DNA of 64,000 nucleotides from Dehalococcoidia bacterium (GTDB lineage Bacteria; Chloroflexota; Dehalococcoidia; Plut-88900): NCBI GenBank assembly GCA_965197645.1, contig OZ240219.1, positions 2,016,001 to 2,080,000 of the forward strand, read 5' to 3'. Shown piece by piece: positions 61,385 to 64,000 of this stretch (position 1 is its first letter; each line of letters starts with the position of its first letter). The notes under the pieces were generated by a model. It saw only the letters and a program-made list of their open reading frames with translations, ran no database searches and was not told where the DNA came from. The position numbers and the translations under genes were made by a program.

Positions 61385-61401
61385 CCCCGTCCTCTTTACT
61401 T

Positions 61402-62157
61402 TCAAGACAGTCGCTTTTTCGCCCTGGCGACGATCCTATCTACGTATATCCCCGGCGTGACTATCCTTTCCGGGTCCAGCTCTCCGGGCTCTACCACCTC
61501 GTCCACCTCGGCTATTGTGATGTCCGCGGCTGTAGCCATGGAAACGTTGAAGTGCCTGGTGTTGCCCTTGTAGACCAGGTTGCCCATGGTGTCCGCCCTG
61601 TGTGCCCGGACCAAGGCGTAATCGGCACGGAGAGCGGTCTCCAGGATATACTCCCGGCCGTCGATGACCCGGCTCTCCTTGCCTTCTGCCACCATTGTTC
61701 CCACGCCGACGGGTGACCAGAAGGCCGCGATCCCGGCGCCCCCGGCCCGAATCCGCTCTGCCAGTATACCCTGGGGGTTCACCTCGATCTGGATACGACC
61801 AGCCTTGAAGCCATCCTCCAGCGCATTGGGACGAGGCGCCAGCGGCGAGCGGGTGAATGAGGCTATAACCTTCGATATCTGGTCGTTGTCGACCAGCACC
61901 CCCTGGTCCATGGCCATGTCTTCTCCGCGCACCCCGAAGGGGACCCCGATTCCCGCCGTATTGCCGATTATCGTCAGGTCCTTGGAGCCGTGGTCCCGCA
62001 GGGCGCGGATCAAAAACATGGGCATCCCGCCCGGCCCGCCGAACTGCCCTATCATGATGCTGGCGCCGTCCGGGATATCCGCCACCGCTTCCGCGAACGT
62101 AACGTAGACCTTGCTCTTGGCCTGGGGTTTGTTGCTGAACCAGGGCTTCTCTATCAA
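61402..62157 (-). CDS. Family I CoA-transferase subunit A
   Basis: DIPDGASIMIG, PQGILAERIRAGGAG, ADTMGNL, TPGIYVD. TTG start overlaps the upstream TGA. Confidence 0.9.
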   Translation of the reverse strand: MIEKPWFSNKPQAKSKVYVTFAEAVADIPDGASIMIGQFGGPGGMPMFLIRALRDHGSKDLTIIGNTAGIGVPFGVRGEDMAMDQGVLVDNDQISKVIASFTRSPLAPRPNALEDGFKAGRIQIEVNPQGILAERIRAGGAGIAAFWSPVGVGTMVAEGKESRVIDGREYILETALRADYALVRAHRADTMGNLVYKGNTRHFNVSMATAADITIAEVDEVVEPGELDPERIVTPGIYVDRIVARAKKRLS

Positions 62158-62819
62158 AGCTCTATCTCTTTCAGATCGGGGCTTACGTTCAATCTCGCAG
62201 CAGTCTTGGCCTGCACCTCTTCGGGATCGAATCCGGGGGCGATCTCCAACAGGGAAAGGCCCTCCGCAGATACGTCGATTACTCCCAGGTCGGTCACCAC
62301 GAGGTCGACGCAACCCCTGCCGGTGAGCGGATAGGCACACTCCGGCACCAGCTTCGGCTCGCCTTCTCGAGTAGCGTGTTCCATCGCTACTATCACCTTC
62401 TGGACCCCCGACACCAGCTCCATCGCCCCGCCCACGTTGCCCGTGCCCCGGCCTGGTATCATCCAGTTAGCCAGATCGCCCTGCTCCGATACCTGGTAGG
62501 CGCCCAGTACCGCTATGTTGACGTGGCCGCCCCGGATCATGTTGAAGGCGTCGGCGGAGCTGAAGAAAGAGATGCCGGGTTTTGGGGTGATGAACTGGCC
62601 ACTGGCGTTGAGCAGATCGGCGCTTTGCTGGTCTTCCTCCTCGGCTAATCCCCCGTATCCCAACACCCCGTTCTCCGATTGGAACCAGACGCTCTTGCCC
62701 TTGGGGACATGGTGGGCGCACAGGGTGGGGATGCCGGCCCCCAGGTTCACTACGTCGCCATCTCGGAACTCCTTGGCGACACGGCTCGCGATGGTTTCTC
62801 GGTCCAGCTTTTGCTTCAC
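62154..62819 (-). CDS. Family I CoA-transferase subunit B (second paralogue)
   Basis: VNLGAGIP, QSENG, GDLANW, GGAMELV. Confidence 0.92.
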   Translation of the reverse strand: MKQKLDRETIASRVAKEFRDGDVVNLGAGIPTLCAHHVPKGKSVWFQSENGVLGYGGLAEEEDQQSADLLNASGQFITPKPGISFFSSADAFNMIRGGHVNIAVLGAYQVSEQGDLANWMIPGRGTGNVGGAMELVSGVQKVIVAMEHATREGEPKLVPECAYPLTGRGCVDLVVTDLGVIDVSAEGLSLLEIAPGFDPEEVQAKTAARLNVSPDLKEIEL

Positions 62820-62823
62820 GGCC

Positions 62824-63537
62824 CTACAAGCTCTCCTGCCGCACGATCCGGTCGACGTACACCCCCGGGGTGACGATCGCCTCGTAATCCAAGTCGCCTA
62901 CGTCCACCAGCTGCTCCGCCTGAACTATGGTTATCTTTGCCGCCGCTGCCATCAGCGGGTTGAAGTTCCGGGAGGTGCCTTTGTACACCAGGTTTCCCAT
63001 CATGTCGGCCTTGTGGGCCTTGAGAAAGGCGTAGTCGGCGCGAAGGGGAGTTTCCATAACGTACTCCTCTCCATCGAAGACCCGTTTCTCCTTGCCTTCC
63101 TCCAGGGGCGTCCCAACCCCGACCCGTGTGTAGAAACCCCCCAACCCGGCCGCCGCCATCCGTATCCTCTCCGACAAGGTGCCCTGGGGTACGGCCTCGA
63201 TTTCCACTTTGCCATCCAGGAACAGGGTCTCCATGGCAGTCGGATGGGAGGCGGAGGGGGAGGCGGGGAAGGATGCGATGCCCTTCCTGACCTGGCCGTT
63301 CTCCGCCAGGGTCCCAACGTGTCCTTCGATGCGTCCCCACTTCCGCTCCTCCGCGTAGCTGGAACCCAGGCTGTTGGCGATGATAGTCAGCCCCTTGGCC
63401 CCCTGGTCTCTCAGTGCGAGGATAAGCTGGTCCGGCATGCCCCCGATGCTGGTGAAGCCGCCAATCATTATCGAGGCGCCGTCGGGAATGTCGGCGACAG
63501 CCTGTTTCGTGTTGGAGTAGACTTTATCCACGGTCAT
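62824..63537 (-). CDS. Family I CoA-transferase subunit A (second paralogue)
   Basis: DIPDGASIMIGGF, PQGTLSERIR, RNFNPLMA, TPGVYVD. Confidence 0.92.
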   Translation of the reverse strand: MTVDKVYSNTKQAVADIPDGASIMIGGFTSIGGMPDQLILALRDQGAKGLTIIANSLGSSYAEERKWGRIEGHVGTLAENGQVRKGIASFPASPSASHPTAMETLFLDGKVEIEAVPQGTLSERIRMAAAGLGGFYTRVGVGTPLEEGKEKRVFDGEEYVMETPLRADYAFLKAHKADMMGNLVYKGTSRNFNPLMAAAAKITIVQAEQLVDVGDLDYEAIVTPGVYVDRIVRQESL

Positions 63538-63659
63538 TGCCAGATACAACGAGATTTTAGCACGTAAGCTCTCCGGCTAGAAATCGCCGTTGACATCACC
63601 CAGAGGTATTCCTACCATAGGGGGCGCCCTCTTCCATCCATAGCTTGAGGAGTATCATC

Positions 63660-64000
63660 ATGACCACCAGGATCATCGACGCCGACAGTCACATCGTAGA
63701 GCCAAGCAATCTCTGGGAGACCTATCTGGAACCCGAGTATCGTGACCGGGCCATGAGGGTCAAGCTGGACGAGAAGGGCCTGGAGTACCTGGAGATCAAC
63801 GGCAGACCCTCCAACGTCATCAAGGGAGGCGTGCTGTGTAACCTCATGGGCACGGGTCGAACGGACCTGGAGCACTTTCTCACTCCCGGCGCCTTTCCCT
63901 TCGATGAGGCCCGGAAGTCGCTGCCCGCAGCGGGAGAACCTAAGCCCCGGGTGCAGTGGTTGGACGACGAAGGTGTGGACGCCACGATTCTGTATCCCTC
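63660..64000 (+). CDS. Amidohydrolase-family protein (3'-partial)
   Basis: GAGGAG RBS; manual translation MTTRIIDADSHIVEP..LW...LDDEGVDATILYP. Runs off the window edge. Confidence 0.85.
   Translation, partial: MTTRIIDADSHIVEPSNLWETYLEPEYRDRAMRVKLDEKGLEYLEINGRPSNVIKGGVLCNLMGTGRTDLEHFLTPGAFPFDEARKSLPAAGEPKPRVQWLDDEGVDATILYP

Overview
High-GC bacterial DNA, most consistent with a Chloroflexota (SAR202/Dehalococcoidia-like) host-associated lineage such as a sponge symbiont. This is inferred from the density of secreted LRR, ankyrin, RCC1 and Ig-like proteins and is not directly demonstrated. (1) 1-23.9 kb is a cluster of secreted modular proteins. It includes a >=3107-aa minus-strand ORF that is absent from the ORF track because its stop lies beyond the left edge, and a 1710-aa paralogue. 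Both carry a signal peptide and a phosphohistidine + ATP-grasp module resembling plant glucan/phosphoglucan water dikinases. Three consecutive secreted proteins all end in -GGL*. Three transcription units share one sigma70-type promoter with a GTG-N8-CAC operator, and a NarL-type two-component system lies divergent from the cluster. (2) 23.9-37.7 kb is a patchwork: PIN-like protein, SRAP, RecN, an RCC1+ankyrin lipoprotein, an orphan ABC binding protein and gene relics. (3) 37.6-51.9 kb is a five-gene operon (2593-aa triple transglutaminase, membrane protein, MoxR, DUF58, membrane protein) bracketed by two related tRNA-Ser 3'-end (att-like) copies. (4) 52-64 kb holds an NCS2 permease with a HATPase-like tail, a DM13 protein, a CrtC/lipocalin-like lipoprotein, an Amt with a structured leader, a ThDP enzyme, two CoA-transferase pairs and a partial amidohydrolase. 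A 143-bp MITE with 4-bp target duplications occurs three times. All calls come from reading motifs by eye; no searches were run.
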